64,000 nucleotides of DNA from Candidatus Bathyarchaeota archaeon. Its GTDB lineage: Archaea; Thermoproteota; Bathyarchaeia; 40CM-2-53-6. The first letter of the stretch is position 1, and each line of letters begins with the position of its first letter. The stretch covers positions 352,001-416,000 of the forward strand of contig CAVSBL010000002.1 of NCBI GenBank assembly GCA_963726255.1, read 5' to 3'. Position numbers and translations under genes: made by a program. Below the pieces are notes generated by a model. That model was not told the origin of the DNA. It ran no database searches and saw only the letters and a program-made list of their open reading frames with translations. This document shows, in pieces, positions 1 to 9,280 of the stretch.

Positions 1-191
1 ACGACTCTCGTAATCAAGTCGCGATCGGTAATTATTCCAACAAGCTCTCCTTGACGTTTCACTAGAACTGACGATATGCCCTTTTCATCCATCAGCCTAG
101 CTGCCTGTATTACGGTCTCCTCCGAATCCACAGAAACGAGACCCCCCGTCATCAACTCCCTCACTTTCACAACAACTTCCTCTCGTTCCAA
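1..191 (-). CDS. CBS-domain protein (5' part; runs off the window edge)
   Basis: Not in ORF track. Hand translation from TTG at 191: MEREEVVVKVRELMTGGLVSVDSEETVIQAARLMDEKGISSVLVKRQGELVGIITDRDLITRV, a typical CBS repeat; GGAGG site just upstream. Confidence 0.85.
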   Translation of the reverse strand, partial: MEREEVVVKVRELMTGGLVSVDSEETVIQAARLMDEKGISSVLVKRQGELVGIITDRDLITRV

Positions 192-603
192 AACTCGTCT
201 CCCTCCAGATCCTCACCAAGATGAAATCGTACTGGTGTTCGCTAAGAAATAAAGCGTCTGGCGGTATAGTGAACGCGGAGCTGGATGGAACAGTTCCGAG
301 ACATACGACCGTCACACCCGTACAGTTGTCTGAACAGTTTCCTATGGGGGTACCGCAATGCACACGAGAAAACTAATCTTGCTAGCCCGCACTAATTCAC
401 TTCCAGAACTAAGGTGTTTCACATTTTTATCGCGAGTGCCCTATAGTAACCTCTCAACGTCTGGGCCACTTATTCGCCTGCAAATCCTACTTCAGTTCGT
501 GAACCCGAGATCCTGTTGGGCTTCTTAATCACCTGCTTGAGAAAGAAGTCGTATCTGACAGAGTTTAGATTCCGGAGGATTCATCTGTCTTCGCTCTTGC
601 GCT

Positions 604-609
604 TTTAAG
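604..609 (+). promoter_or_regulatory. Candidate archaeal TATA box (TTTAAG) for a leaderless permease transcript
   Basis: TTTAAG ends 25 nt before the TTG start at 635; same motif and spacing as upstream of pyrG. Confidence 0.45.
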
Positions 610-634
610 CTAGCTAAACTTCCTAAGGTACTCG

Positions 635-1957
635 TTGATTTCCGTGGGCAAAAACAAGATCAGCACCTCAGCCGCGACAGCGGTGGGACTCGGAGCAATC
701 ATAGGCGCTGGGATTTTCACGTTGAGTGGCACGGCCATTGCGCTCGCTGGAGTCTGGTCGCTCTTTTCGTTCGTTCTGGTCGGATTCGTGGCTATCGTAG
801 TTGCTCTCGAGATAGGCGAACTTTGTTCCATGTTTCCGAACGCGAATGGCGCCAGCTACTCCTATGCCTATGAGGCATTCGGTAGCGAACTAGGCTTCAT
901 CACGGGGGTGCTATTGTACTTCAGCTTCGCGAGCTCAATCTCTGTTGTTGCGCTTGGTTTCGGAGCCTATCTTTCCAATCTTCTCGGGCTCTCGCCGGAT
1001 ACGTATGGTTCCTACTTGGCTATTGTCATAATCGCAGTACTGAGTGCTTTCAACCTCCAGGGGATAAAGAAAGCCGCTAGAGCCGACCTCGGATTAGTCA
1101 TGATAAAGCTAGCCATATTGATAACGTTCATTGCTTTCGCGATGTTCTCACTCCACCACCAAACTCTCTCCAGTATCTCTTCAGCGCCCCCTCCGGTGAA
1201 TGGATACGCCGCGATTTTCAGTGCGAGTGTAGTCATTTTCTTCGCCTACTCCGGCTTCCAGTCAATTAGCACATTTGCTTCAGACGTGGAGGGTGGAGCG
1301 AGGTCTGCGGCAAAGGCGATCCTCGCTGCTGTAGTTATCAGCATGCTACTCTATGTCTTTGTGGATTTAGCTCTCATACTCATTGTCCCTGTGAACAAAT
1401 TCTCAATCAACGCTGACCCGCTTTCTTTCGCCTTGACCGAATCACACGCACCCGGCTATCTGTCCATTGTTGTGGACCTCGGCGCTCTGATTGCCACCGC
1501 ATCGGCCACGCTGGCCATGATTCTGAGCTCTTCTCGCATACTCTACCAGATTAGCACTGACGGACTACTTCCGAAGCTCCTGCGGAATTACAATGCTAAT
1601 AGAGACGTGGCAAGGAATGGGATTCTCGTATCTGCCTTCATTGCGGTTGTAATGCTTTATTCGGGCAACATCTATGTGATGGCCGCGATAAGCAATTATG
1701 GATTACTCTTCTCGTACTTAATGGTCAGTTTCGCACTCATCCATTTTCGCAGACACGGGAGAGGAGGCTCCTTCCGCGTCCCCATGTATCCTTACCTGCC
1801 CGTCCTCGCAATCGTCGTGCTACTCTCATTCATACTCGGACTGCCGAATGAGGCATTGGTCGTAGGAACCATCATGACAATCGGTCTCCTCATGGCTTAT
1901 TATTTCTTGAAAGAGGTGGAAGAGAAAGGTCCGGTAATGGTAAGATTGTTCGAATGA
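635..1957 (+). CDS. APC-family amino acid permease
   Basis: 440 aa, about 12 hydrophobic segments, GAIIGAGIF in TM1, GASYSY, FFAYSGF, SRILY motifs. Confidence 0.92.
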   Translation: MISVGKNKISTSAATAVGLGAIIGAGIFTLSGTAIALAGVWSLFSFVLVGFVAIVVALEIGELCSMFPNANGASYSYAYEAFGSELGFITGVLLYFSFASSISVVALGFGAYLSNLLGLSPDTYGSYLAIVIIAVLSAFNLQGIKKAARADLGLVMIKLAILITFIAFAMFSLHHQTLSSISSAPPPVNGYAAIFSASVVIFFAYSGFQSISTFASDVEGGARSAAKAILAAVVISMLLYVFVDLALILIVPVNKFSINADPLSFALTESHAPGYLSIVVDLGALIATASATLAMILSSSRILYQISTDGLLPKLLRNYNANRDVARNGILVSAFIAVVMLYSGNIYVMAAISNYGLLFSYLMVSFALIHFRRHGRGGSFRVPMYPYLPVLAIVVLLSFILGLPNEALVVGTIMTIGLLMAYYFLKEVEEKGPVMVRLFE

Positions 1958-2053
1958 TGCCTCCAAACTCATCAGCAAGAGCTGAAGGCGAGTTGTATTC
2001 TCTTCTCTTTTTCTACGTCGTTTTCCGGCAAATACAGTTCCTTCGGCGTTTTG

Positions 2054-2449
2054 TCAGATAATTACATCAAGCGCCATTTGGGTTAGATATGATGGTCTAA
2101 ACAACAAGAAACTGTGTCCCAGAGGGATGAAACGCATTCGATTACACACGAGTTGATTCCAGTCTTCCCGACGCCAATTCAAATAGAAAATGGATATCAA
2201 TGCAACTATCCCTGCGACTAGAACTATCTCCAACACGTCGCTGAACATCTCGGCCGTAGCTTCCGTGCCAAACAAATTCTGTACGTCGAGCAGTTTCCCT
2301 AAAGTAAATACTATGAGTGAGATCATCGCGATTTGAACAGGCTTGTTTATTATGTCTCTTCTCGAGATCCAGAACACCCACCCGCATGCAAGAGCTGCCG
2401 CGGTCGCGAACAGAACACCGATTATGTCCAAGCCCGTCTCCACGAACAC
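2054..2449 (-). CDS. Small membrane protein (about 3 TM), unknown function
   Basis: Three hydrophobic stretches in the first ~95 aa; the tail is less convincing. Confidence 0.55.
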   Translation of the reverse strand: MFVETGLDIIGVLFATAAALACGWVFWISRRDIINKPVQIAMISLIVFTLGKLLDVQNLFGTEATAEMFSDVLEIVLVAGIVALISIFYLNWRREDWNQLVCNRMRFIPLGHSFLLFRPSYLTQMALDVII

Positions 2450-2559
2450 TGCCTCTATCTCACCGCATCACGCAGGATTCAAGAAACCTAAGAGTATTTG
2501 ATAAGGGGGATGTACACAAGGCTGAGGATATCAGCCAGAGAAGGGGCGCGAACGGACCT

Positions 2560-3054
2560 ATGGAGAGCGAGACAAGCAGAAACATGCGAACTTCGGGTGG
2601 TGCGGCGTTCGCCAAGATCTTGGCAGCGGTCGATGGTTCGAAAAACGCTGACCGAGCAGCCAAGATTGCTGTTAAGCTAGCCAAGCGTAATGCAGCAGAA
2701 TTGACTGTCATCTCCGTGGTTTCGAGACCGAGCTACCTCTTTGCGCCTGTATCCGGCGCCGGCGTACCGCCGATGGGTCTGGGTGACTACTATAATTATG
2801 CGAGCAGGGATGCTGAGGCGTGGGTCAATGAAGCAGTCTTCTCAGCTAAAGCTCGGGGTGTTGCAGCGAAGGGGCGCGTCTTGAAAGCTGGTTCATCCGT
2901 TGTCAAATCGATAACGGATTACGCTCAAGAGCAGGAAGTGGATCTTATTGTCTTGGGAACTCGGGGTTTGGGCGGTTTCAATAGGCTTCTTCTAGGCAGT
3001 GTATCGAGCGGAGTTGTTGCCCATGCAGGTTGCTCTGTCTTAGTTGTCAGATAG
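2560..3054 (+). CDS. Universal stress protein (UspA family)
   Basis: KILAAVDGS, DLIVLGTRGLGG, LLGSVS..V..A.CSVLVVR. Start moved from 2317 to the in-frame ATG at 2560. Confidence 0.93.
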   Translation: MESETSRNMRTSGGAAFAKILAAVDGSKNADRAAKIAVKLAKRNAAELTVISVVSRPSYLFAPVSGAGVPPMGLGDYYNYASRDAEAWVNEAVFSAKARGVAAKGRVLKAGSSVVKSITDYAQEQEVDLIVLGTRGLGGFNRLLLGSVSSGVVAHAGCSVLVVR

Positions 3055-3116
3055 GCCGGCAAGACAGGATGGCATGTCATGACCGTTCAAGATTCAAGCA
3101 AAGACGCAGGTGACTG

Positions 3117-3299
3117 GTGAGTTTAATGTCCTCGAAATGCCCCTCTTGCGGTGGGGAGGCTCCGAGGGGCCTCTGTCAGTATTGTGATCGATGTTCAACG
3201 TGCTGTAAAATCCTTCAAGAATCTGACTACGAGTCCCGAGCGGTCTTGCCGCATTCATTCACCCCACGAAAGGCAAAGCCGGGGGCAGGAATACCGTGA
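3117..3299 (+). CDS. Small Cys-rich (CPxCG) metal-binding protein
   Basis: CPSCG followed by CQYCDRCSTCC; AGGTGA/GGTGAG ribosome sites before GTG 3117 and ATG 3126. Confidence 0.55.
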   Translation: MSLMSSKCPSCGGEAPRGLCQYCDRCSTCCKILQESDYESRAVLPHSFTPRKAKPGAGIP

Positions 3300-3432
3300 A
3301 GTATTCCTCCGCAGAATGCTTTCGATATGTATGACATGAAATTGCCTTTACGGAGAGGTCGAGGATAGCCAGAGAAGCAACTATGAAAGAGATTTGCTGT
3401 AGGGAAGTGTGCTGACTACGGGGTGACCTATC

Positions 3433-5907
3433 ATGGCTGAGAAAACGAAAAAGGCTACTGTTAGCGAACTCTTTCGCAGGCTCTCGTCAAGCGAGAACGG
3501 TCTTTCCGATGCTGAGGCAAGAAAACGAATTCAAGAGTACGGATACAATGAGATTCCTGAGAAGAAGAAAAACCCCATTCTGAAGTTCCTGAAGTATTTC
3601 TGGGGGCCGATCCCTTGGATGATCGAGGTCGCCGTTGTTCTCTCAGCGTATATCCGTCATTGGGAGGATGTTTGGATCATCACGGCGTTGCTCCTGCTGA
3701 ACGCTGTGGTCGGATTCTGGCAGGAGAAGAAAGCAGACAACGCGATTGAGCTTCTGAAGCAGAAGTTGGCCCTGAAGGCACGGGTTCGCCGCGACAACAA
3801 TTGGCAACAAGTGCCCGCGCGAGAGCTCGTACCAGGCGACATAATCCGCATACGCCTCGGCGACATCGTTCCAGCCGACGCTAAGCTAGTGAAGGGCGAT
3901 TATCTGCAAGTAGACGAATCCGCGCTGACCGGAGAATCTTTACCAGTTGAGAAGGCGACTTCCGATGTTACGTATGCTGGTTCGATTGTTCGGCAGGGAG
4001 AAATGGACGCATTAGTAGCTGCCACGGGTGCCAATAGCTACTTTGGCAAGACTGCTAAACTCGTCGAGGGAGCTCAACAGCATAGTCACTTCCAGAGGGC
4101 CGTTATCAAGATTGGAGATTTCCTGGTCCTTCTCGCAGTCTCATTGGTTGCAGTTGTTTTTCTCGTAGCGCTGTTCCGCCATGAGAGCATACTGGAGACA
4201 CTTCAATTTGCACTCGTCCTCATAGTAGCCGCGATCCCGGTGGCATTGCCAGCGGTCCTAACCGTCACAATGGCCGTGGGGGCAACCGCTCTAGCCAAGA
4301 AGGAAGCGATCGTGAGCAAGCTTGTCGCAATTGAAGAAATGGCTGGCATGGGTATTCTCTGCGCCGACAAGACCGGCACGATAACCAAGAATGAACTTTC
4401 CGTAGCTGAGGTCAATGCGTTCCACGCATTCACCGAGGACGATGTGCTCGTTTTCGGTTCGCTTGCATCAAGGAAGGAAGATCAGGACCCGATAGATAAT
4501 GCGGTGATAAGCAAGGCGGAGACAACAACAGGAGCCGCAGCACGTCTAGGCTCATTTAGGGTGACTGCCTTCCATCCGTTCGACCCCGTGGCGAAGCGCA
4601 CAGAAGCCACCGTAGAGGATACGCAAGGGAACGCATTCAAGGTCTCAAAAGGTGCTCCCCAAGTCATCATGTCGCTGGTAGCCAACAAAGAGTCGATTGA
4701 GGCTACGCTCGACGAGAAGGTCAACTCACTTGCGACAAAGGGCTATCGAGCTCTAGGCGTAGCTAGAACTGATTCCAAAGGAAGATGGCAGTTTGCGGGC
4801 TTAATTCCGCTTTACGACCCTCCCAGAGAAGATTCCGCTGTTATAATCAGGACGGCTCAATCCATGGGCGTGCGCGTCAAGATGGTCACGGGCGACCATC
4901 TAGCAATAGCGAAGGAAATCGCAACGGAGATGAAGTTGGGGAACAACATTGTTCTAGCCTCAGCCTTCGTCGATAAACCAGACAGAGAGGCGGAGCGAGC
5001 TGTTGAGAACGCCGACGGCTTCGCACAAGTCTTCCCAGAACACAAGTACCACATCGTCGAGCTATTACAGCACAAGGGTCACCTCGTTGGAATGACGGGT
5101 GACGGCGTGAACGACGCTCCAGCCCTTAAAGAGGCTGACTGCGGAATCGCAGTTGCAGGCGCAACGGACGCTGCGAAGTCTGCCGCAGACATCGTCCTTA
5201 CCAGACCAGGCCTATCAGTGATTATTGACGCCATTAAAGAGAGCCGGAAGATCTTTCAGAGGATGAATAACTATTCCATCTATCGTATTGCAGAGACTAT
5301 TCGCGTGCTATTCTTCATCACACTATCCATTATCGTATTCGGCTTCTACCCGGTTACCGCATTGATGATAGTTCTGTTAGCTCTGCTGAACGATGCTCCT
5401 ATAATGACGATTGCATATGACAATGTAAGGTACTCTAACCAGCCGGAAAAGTGGGATATGAGGCGTACGTTGGGTATTGCCACTTTTCTTGGACTCATCG
5501 GAGTAGTCTCATCTTTCCTGATCTTATACATAGGCAAACAAGTATTCCTACTTACCCCGGCAGTCCTTCAATCGTTTATCTACCTGAAACTCTCTGTGGC
5601 AGGTCACCTGACGGTGTTTGTTGCTCGGACGAAGAAATCGTTCTGGTCGATTAAGCCTTCAATCCAATTATTCATGGCGGTTGTTGTGACGCAGACTATT
5701 GCGACAATCATCACCGTATACGGCATCCTCCTGCCTGCAATGGGTTGGGGACTCGCCATGTTCATTTGGGCGTATGCATTGATTGCATTTGTGGTAACCG
5801 ACTTTCTGAAACTTCTAGGATATCGTTTATTGAACCACGGCGGAGTGAAATTCAGTCTTCAGCCGAAGTTGGCCCTACAAGGCATGCAACAACCCATAAC
5901 AAGGTGA
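3433..5907 (+). CDS. Plasma-membrane-type proton-efflux P-type ATPase (P3A)
   Basis: FWGPIPWMIE, TGES, IPVALPAV, DKTGT, KGAPQ, DPPR, TGDGVNDAPALK, ALLND: the P3A H+-ATPase signature set; GGTGA ribosome site. Confidence 0.95.
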   Translation: MAEKTKKATVSELFRRLSSSENGLSDAEARKRIQEYGYNEIPEKKKNPILKFLKYFWGPIPWMIEVAVVLSAYIRHWEDVWIITALLLLNAVVGFWQEKKADNAIELLKQKLALKARVRRDNNWQQVPARELVPGDIIRIRLGDIVPADAKLVKGDYLQVDESALTGESLPVEKATSDVTYAGSIVRQGEMDALVAATGANSYFGKTAKLVEGAQQHSHFQRAVIKIGDFLVLLAVSLVAVVFLVALFRHESILETLQFALVLIVAAIPVALPAVLTVTMAVGATALAKKEAIVSKLVAIEEMAGMGILCADKTGTITKNELSVAEVNAFHAFTEDDVLVFGSLASRKEDQDPIDNAVISKAETTTGAAARLGSFRVTAFHPFDPVAKRTEATVEDTQGNAFKVSKGAPQVIMSLVANKESIEATLDEKVNSLATKGYRALGVARTDSKGRWQFAGLIPLYDPPREDSAVIIRTAQSMGVRVKMVTGDHLAIAKEIATEMKLGNNIVLASAFVDKPDREAERAVENADGFAQVFPEHKYHIVELLQHKGHLVGMTGDGVNDAPALKEADCGIAVAGATDAAKSAADIVLTRPGLSVIIDAIKESRKIFQRMNNYSIYRIAETIRVLFFITLSIIVFGFYPVTALMIVLLALLNDAPIMTIAYDNVRYSNQPEKWDMRRTLGIATFLGLIGVVSSFLILYIGKQVFLLTPAVLQSFIYLKLSVAGHLTVFVARTKKSFWSIKPSIQLFMAVVVTQTIATIITVYGILLPAMGWGLAMFIWAYALIAFVVTDFLKLLGYRLLNHGGVKFSLQPKLALQGMQQPITR

Positions 5908-5935
5908 ATGAACGTATCGCGTAGATGGATCAGCC

Positions 5936-7195
5936 ATGTCAATTAGACTCGGAAAGATTATGGGCATACCGATCAGGATTCATTATACCCTATGGTTTGT
6001 TTTCATTCTAATCGCCTGGTCCCTAGCAGTAGGATACATGCCTCATCAATATCCGGGCCTTAGCACCGTGACTTACTGGGCCATTGGTATTGCGTCCGCA
6101 ATAACCCTCTTCGTTTCCGTTCTTGTACATGAGCTCTCTCATTCTTACATAGCGAAGAAGAATGGGCTGCCGATTGCGAGGATTACGCTCTTCTTCTTCG
6201 GCGGTGTCTCTGAGATGACTGAAGAGCCTCAAGACCCTGGCTTAGAGGTTCGTATGGCTGCCGCGGGTCCCTTGATGAGTTTCCTAATCGCAGGCGTTTT
6301 GGGAGCATTATGGTACTTGGGAGGGTCCGCTCATGCACCGGTCGCGATAATTGCTACGCTCGGCTACGCGGCGCTAATCAACGGTGTTCTCGGCGTTTTC
6401 AATTTACTTCCAGCATTCCCGTTGGATGGTGGCAGAGTATTCCGTGGAAGCATCTGGAAGCGTTCGAAGAATTTTGTCGGAGCCACCAGGACCGCTATAA
6501 GAGTTAGTGAGGCCATTTCGTTGCTAATGATGTTTGGAGGGTTCGTATTCATAATCTTCGGAGACTTCGTTGATGGACTCTGGGTAATAGTGCTGGGTTG
6601 GTTCATCAGGTCCGGGGCGCAAACCAGTCTCAAACAAACGCTTGTAGGCGAAGCTCTCTTGGGGGTCTCGGTTGGCGACATCATGACTAGAGAAGTGATG
6701 ACTGTCCCGCCAGAGATCACAGTTCAGCAGCTCGTGTCAGATTATCTCCTTGTGCACCGCCACGGAGGCTACCCTGTTGTGAAGAACGGTGAGGTTCTGG
6801 GCGTAGTCACATTGCAGTGCGTTCGGGCTGTTCCCAAGGAAAAAAGAGATTCTGTGACTGTCCGGGAAGCGATGGTTCCATTCGACCGCACGGTAATGGT
6901 GAAGTCTTCTGTGACCGCCTTGGATGCAATGCAGAAGATGGCTCGGAACAAAGTGGGACGCGTCTTGGTGATCGACGGGGGTCGACTGGTCGGCATAGCA
7001 ACTCGTGAGGACGTTGTCAGCACGATCCAGACGCGGCAAGAGCTCGAACTGGGCCCTGGTCTCGGTCCCTCGGGTCTACCTTCGCCTCAATATCCTCGCA
7101 TTCAAGCAGGGCACTGTGTTCAGTGTGGTGTTCTGCTGCCCGCAAGCGTCAAATTCTGTCCCCAATGTGGGGCGAAGCAATTCGTATCCTCATAG
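5936..7195 (+). CDS. Site-2 protease (M50) with tandem CBS domains and C-terminal zinc ribbon
   Basis: HELSH, NLLPAFPLDGGR, two CBS repeats, CVQCG...CPQCG tail. Confidence 0.93.
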   Translation: MSIRLGKIMGIPIRIHYTLWFVFILIAWSLAVGYMPHQYPGLSTVTYWAIGIASAITLFVSVLVHELSHSYIAKKNGLPIARITLFFFGGVSEMTEEPQDPGLEVRMAAAGPLMSFLIAGVLGALWYLGGSAHAPVAIIATLGYAALINGVLGVFNLLPAFPLDGGRVFRGSIWKRSKNFVGATRTAIRVSEAISLLMMFGGFVFIIFGDFVDGLWVIVLGWFIRSGAQTSLKQTLVGEALLGVSVGDIMTREVMTVPPEITVQQLVSDYLLVHRHGGYPVVKNGEVLGVVTLQCVRAVPKEKRDSVTVREAMVPFDRTVMVKSSVTALDAMQKMARNKVGRVLVIDGGRLVGIATREDVVSTIQTRQELELGPGLGPSGLPSPQYPRIQAGHCVQCGVLLPASVKFCPQCGAKQFVSS

Positions 7196-7216
7196 GTCCA
7201 CAGGCGAGCTGTAGCG

Positions 7217-7582
7217 ATGAGTGAGAAAGATACCGAGGCATTAGGCTTAGAGGAACCGCTTGACAGGAAGAAGCTGCTCGACTACATGCGGAAATTCAGC
7301 ATCATGCCTTATTGGACTGAAGACCGTGGGTTGACCTTCAGACCACATATCGGCATGGACGCAAGGCGGAGGTTTCAGGAGGTTCTGCATCTCCACGGCA
7401 AGGAAGACGTGCAACGTCTCAGGATCGAATTGAGAGTCTCTGTCTCGAGACAACAAAGGAGTGCAGTAGAAGACGACCAAGCCGATTTGAAGGAAGACGA
7501 AATTGAAAATGAGGTCGAAAAGAAGACGGAAGCGCGCAAACGAACTCGTGGTCCGTATCGAAAATCAGCCTCTTTCCCGTAG
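7217..7582 (+). CDS. Hypothetical protein with acidic patch and basic RKRTRGPYRKS tail
   Basis: ATG start 21 nt after the M50 gene, protein-like composition. Confidence 0.6.
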   Translation: MSEKDTEALGLEEPLDRKKLLDYMRKFSIMPYWTEDRGLTFRPHIGMDARRRFQEVLHLHGKEDVQRLRIELRVSVSRQQRSAVEDDQADLKEDEIENEVEKKTEARKRTRGPYRKSASFP

Positions 7583-7718
7583 TCTTTCCTGTAATCGATT
7601 TGAGGTGTGAACTTGGGCTCTACAAGTAGTTATTTAGTAGGATACAAATCCTGATTGGCAGAAGAGGGACACAGACTTGCGTCCGCAGAGAAAAATTCGA
7701 TTGAAATTCGACGAACAG

Positions 7719-8000
7719 ATGCAATTTGACAGGGTGTTCAAGTGGATACTTGTCGCGGTGGACGGATCTGAGAGCTCCTTCAGAGCAGCAAGGGTTGCGG
7801 CCAGACTGGCAAAACGCAATGAAGCGGAATTGCTAGTTGTTTCCGCGATTCAAAGACCAGCATATCCGTTCATGCAGAGTCCCACAGAGGCCCTCTTTCC
7901 CGCGGTTGCCGGGCTGCAGGACTACTACAGATATGCCTCGAAGAATGCGGACGTGTGGATGGTCAGAGAGCGCCTTTAGAGCTTCCAGGGCCAAGCGCAA
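7719..8000 (+). pseudogene. Truncated universal stress protein, followed by the remnant of a second USP start
   Basis: ILVAVDGSESSFRAARVAARLAKRNEAELLVVS is close to the USP at 2560 but the C-terminal half is absent; a second VDG-SESAFRASR-AKRN segment begins at 7955. Confidence 0.8.
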
Positions 8001-8200
8001 CCTAGCGGCCTTCGGACATCATTTCCAAAGCGTTTTCCGGAAGCTTAAGATTCGATTGGGCGTTCGTGAAATGAGGATGTCGTTAAGCTGACCATGGTTC
8101 TTACTAGTGTTAACCGCAGAATGATTCCATGGTCCCTGGGCAGGCAATGAGTGGCGCGACTAAGCATTCAAAAGGCGCGACGGGGCCTCTATTGTAACGT

Positions 8201-8629
8201 GTGGTCAGTGTGAAATTCCATTTCTGGCGGAAACGCAAACGTTCAGAGAAGCGCCGCGGTTTGAAACGAATTGACCCACTGAAGCAGGCCTGCATAGACC
8301 TTCGTAGACCTGAACTGTATGAGCCCTTGAGTCGAGTTTTGATAGCCAATCCGAGAATAGCTGAGAGGTATTTTGGCGATGTCTTGAAGAGGCGTCGTTA
8401 TCGTACGGCAGCAGGAGTAATGCTTTACCGGTCCAATCTCAAAGAAGCAAAACGATACTTCGGGATGGCACTCAAGGCCTCGCAAAGTGATGCGGCAAAG
8501 CAGCGATTGACGGTTTCCCTACAAAATCTTTCGACTGTAGCAAAGATTGCGAGAAGGTTTTGGGAATTAACCGGGAAATACAAGCCCAAGGAGAGGCCAC
8601 GGCTGAAGCATCGAAGGAAACCTCAATGA
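8201..8629 (+). CDS. Hypothetical basic, helical protein
   Basis: 142 aa ORF filling the gap, K/R-rich ends; no family recognised. Confidence 0.55.
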   Translation: MVSVKFHFWRKRKRSEKRRGLKRIDPLKQACIDLRRPELYEPLSRVLIANPRIAERYFGDVLKRRRYRTAAGVMLYRSNLKEAKRYFGMALKASQSDAAKQRLTVSLQNLSTVAKIARRFWELTGKYKPKERPRLKHRRKPQ

Positions 8630-8796
8630 ACGTTGCTAGTTTTGTAAGTATGCTTCAAGAGCTCTCTATCAAGTGCCATGCTATCAACATTGTGAGCAAT
8701 CGAATAAAAGGGTGGGAGAAGATTAGAAGTTGGAATCTAAAGACGGCTAGTACAGTATAGTCGTCTTCAATTCGTACCCGCACCAGAAAAAGACGG

Positions 8797-9003
8797 TTAA
8801 TTTCTTGGGTCTTTAGTGTTCTTGTTGATGATATACGCAGCTATCGCAAAGATTGGCGACAATACGACCGCCGCCACGACAATGTAGAATGAGGTCTTAT
8901 CTATCGTTGGATAAACGAATAGAATTGTAATTCCGCCTGCAACTATCACGCCCACTATCACACTCGTGCTGCTTGAGGATCGTTGCAGACTCATACGTTG
9001 CAC
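8797..9003 (-). CDS. Small 2-TM membrane protein
   Basis: Two clear hydrophobic helices in 68 aa. Confidence 0.5.
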   Translation of the reverse strand: MQRMSLQRSSSSTSVIVGVIVAGGITILFVYPTIDKTSFYIVVAAVVLSPIFAIAAYIINKNTKDPRN

Positions 9004-9280
9004 CCGACCTAGAGGAACCTCAGCATCGTTATACTGATATCAGTACATGATCAGACCTCGAAGACGTCATATTGACATGTCGGGGGGGGGCGACGGTTAT
9101 TCCCCAAGCTTGTTTAGGTAAACTCAATTCAACGATTACTGGAATCGAAACAAGCGTCTTCGTGCGTAGTATCGGTGCCGTGCATACACACAGATAAAAC
9201 CAATTATGCCGATGCTAATAGGGACAAGATAAGGGGAGAGGGGCAAAGGCGCGGGCACTTATGGCCGAAGGAACGAAGAA

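Noticed and set aside
97-363. 88-aa Cys-containing ORF
   Set aside because: Overlaps out of frame with the better-supported CBS gene at 1-191.
2317-2559. N-terminal extension of the USP ORF
   Set aside because: Overlaps the opposite-strand membrane gene and is not USP-like; the start at 2560 is more plausible.
9081-9090. Poly-G run as a phase-variation tract
   Set aside because: Intergenic, ~190 nt from the ClC start, no frame or obvious promoter affected.
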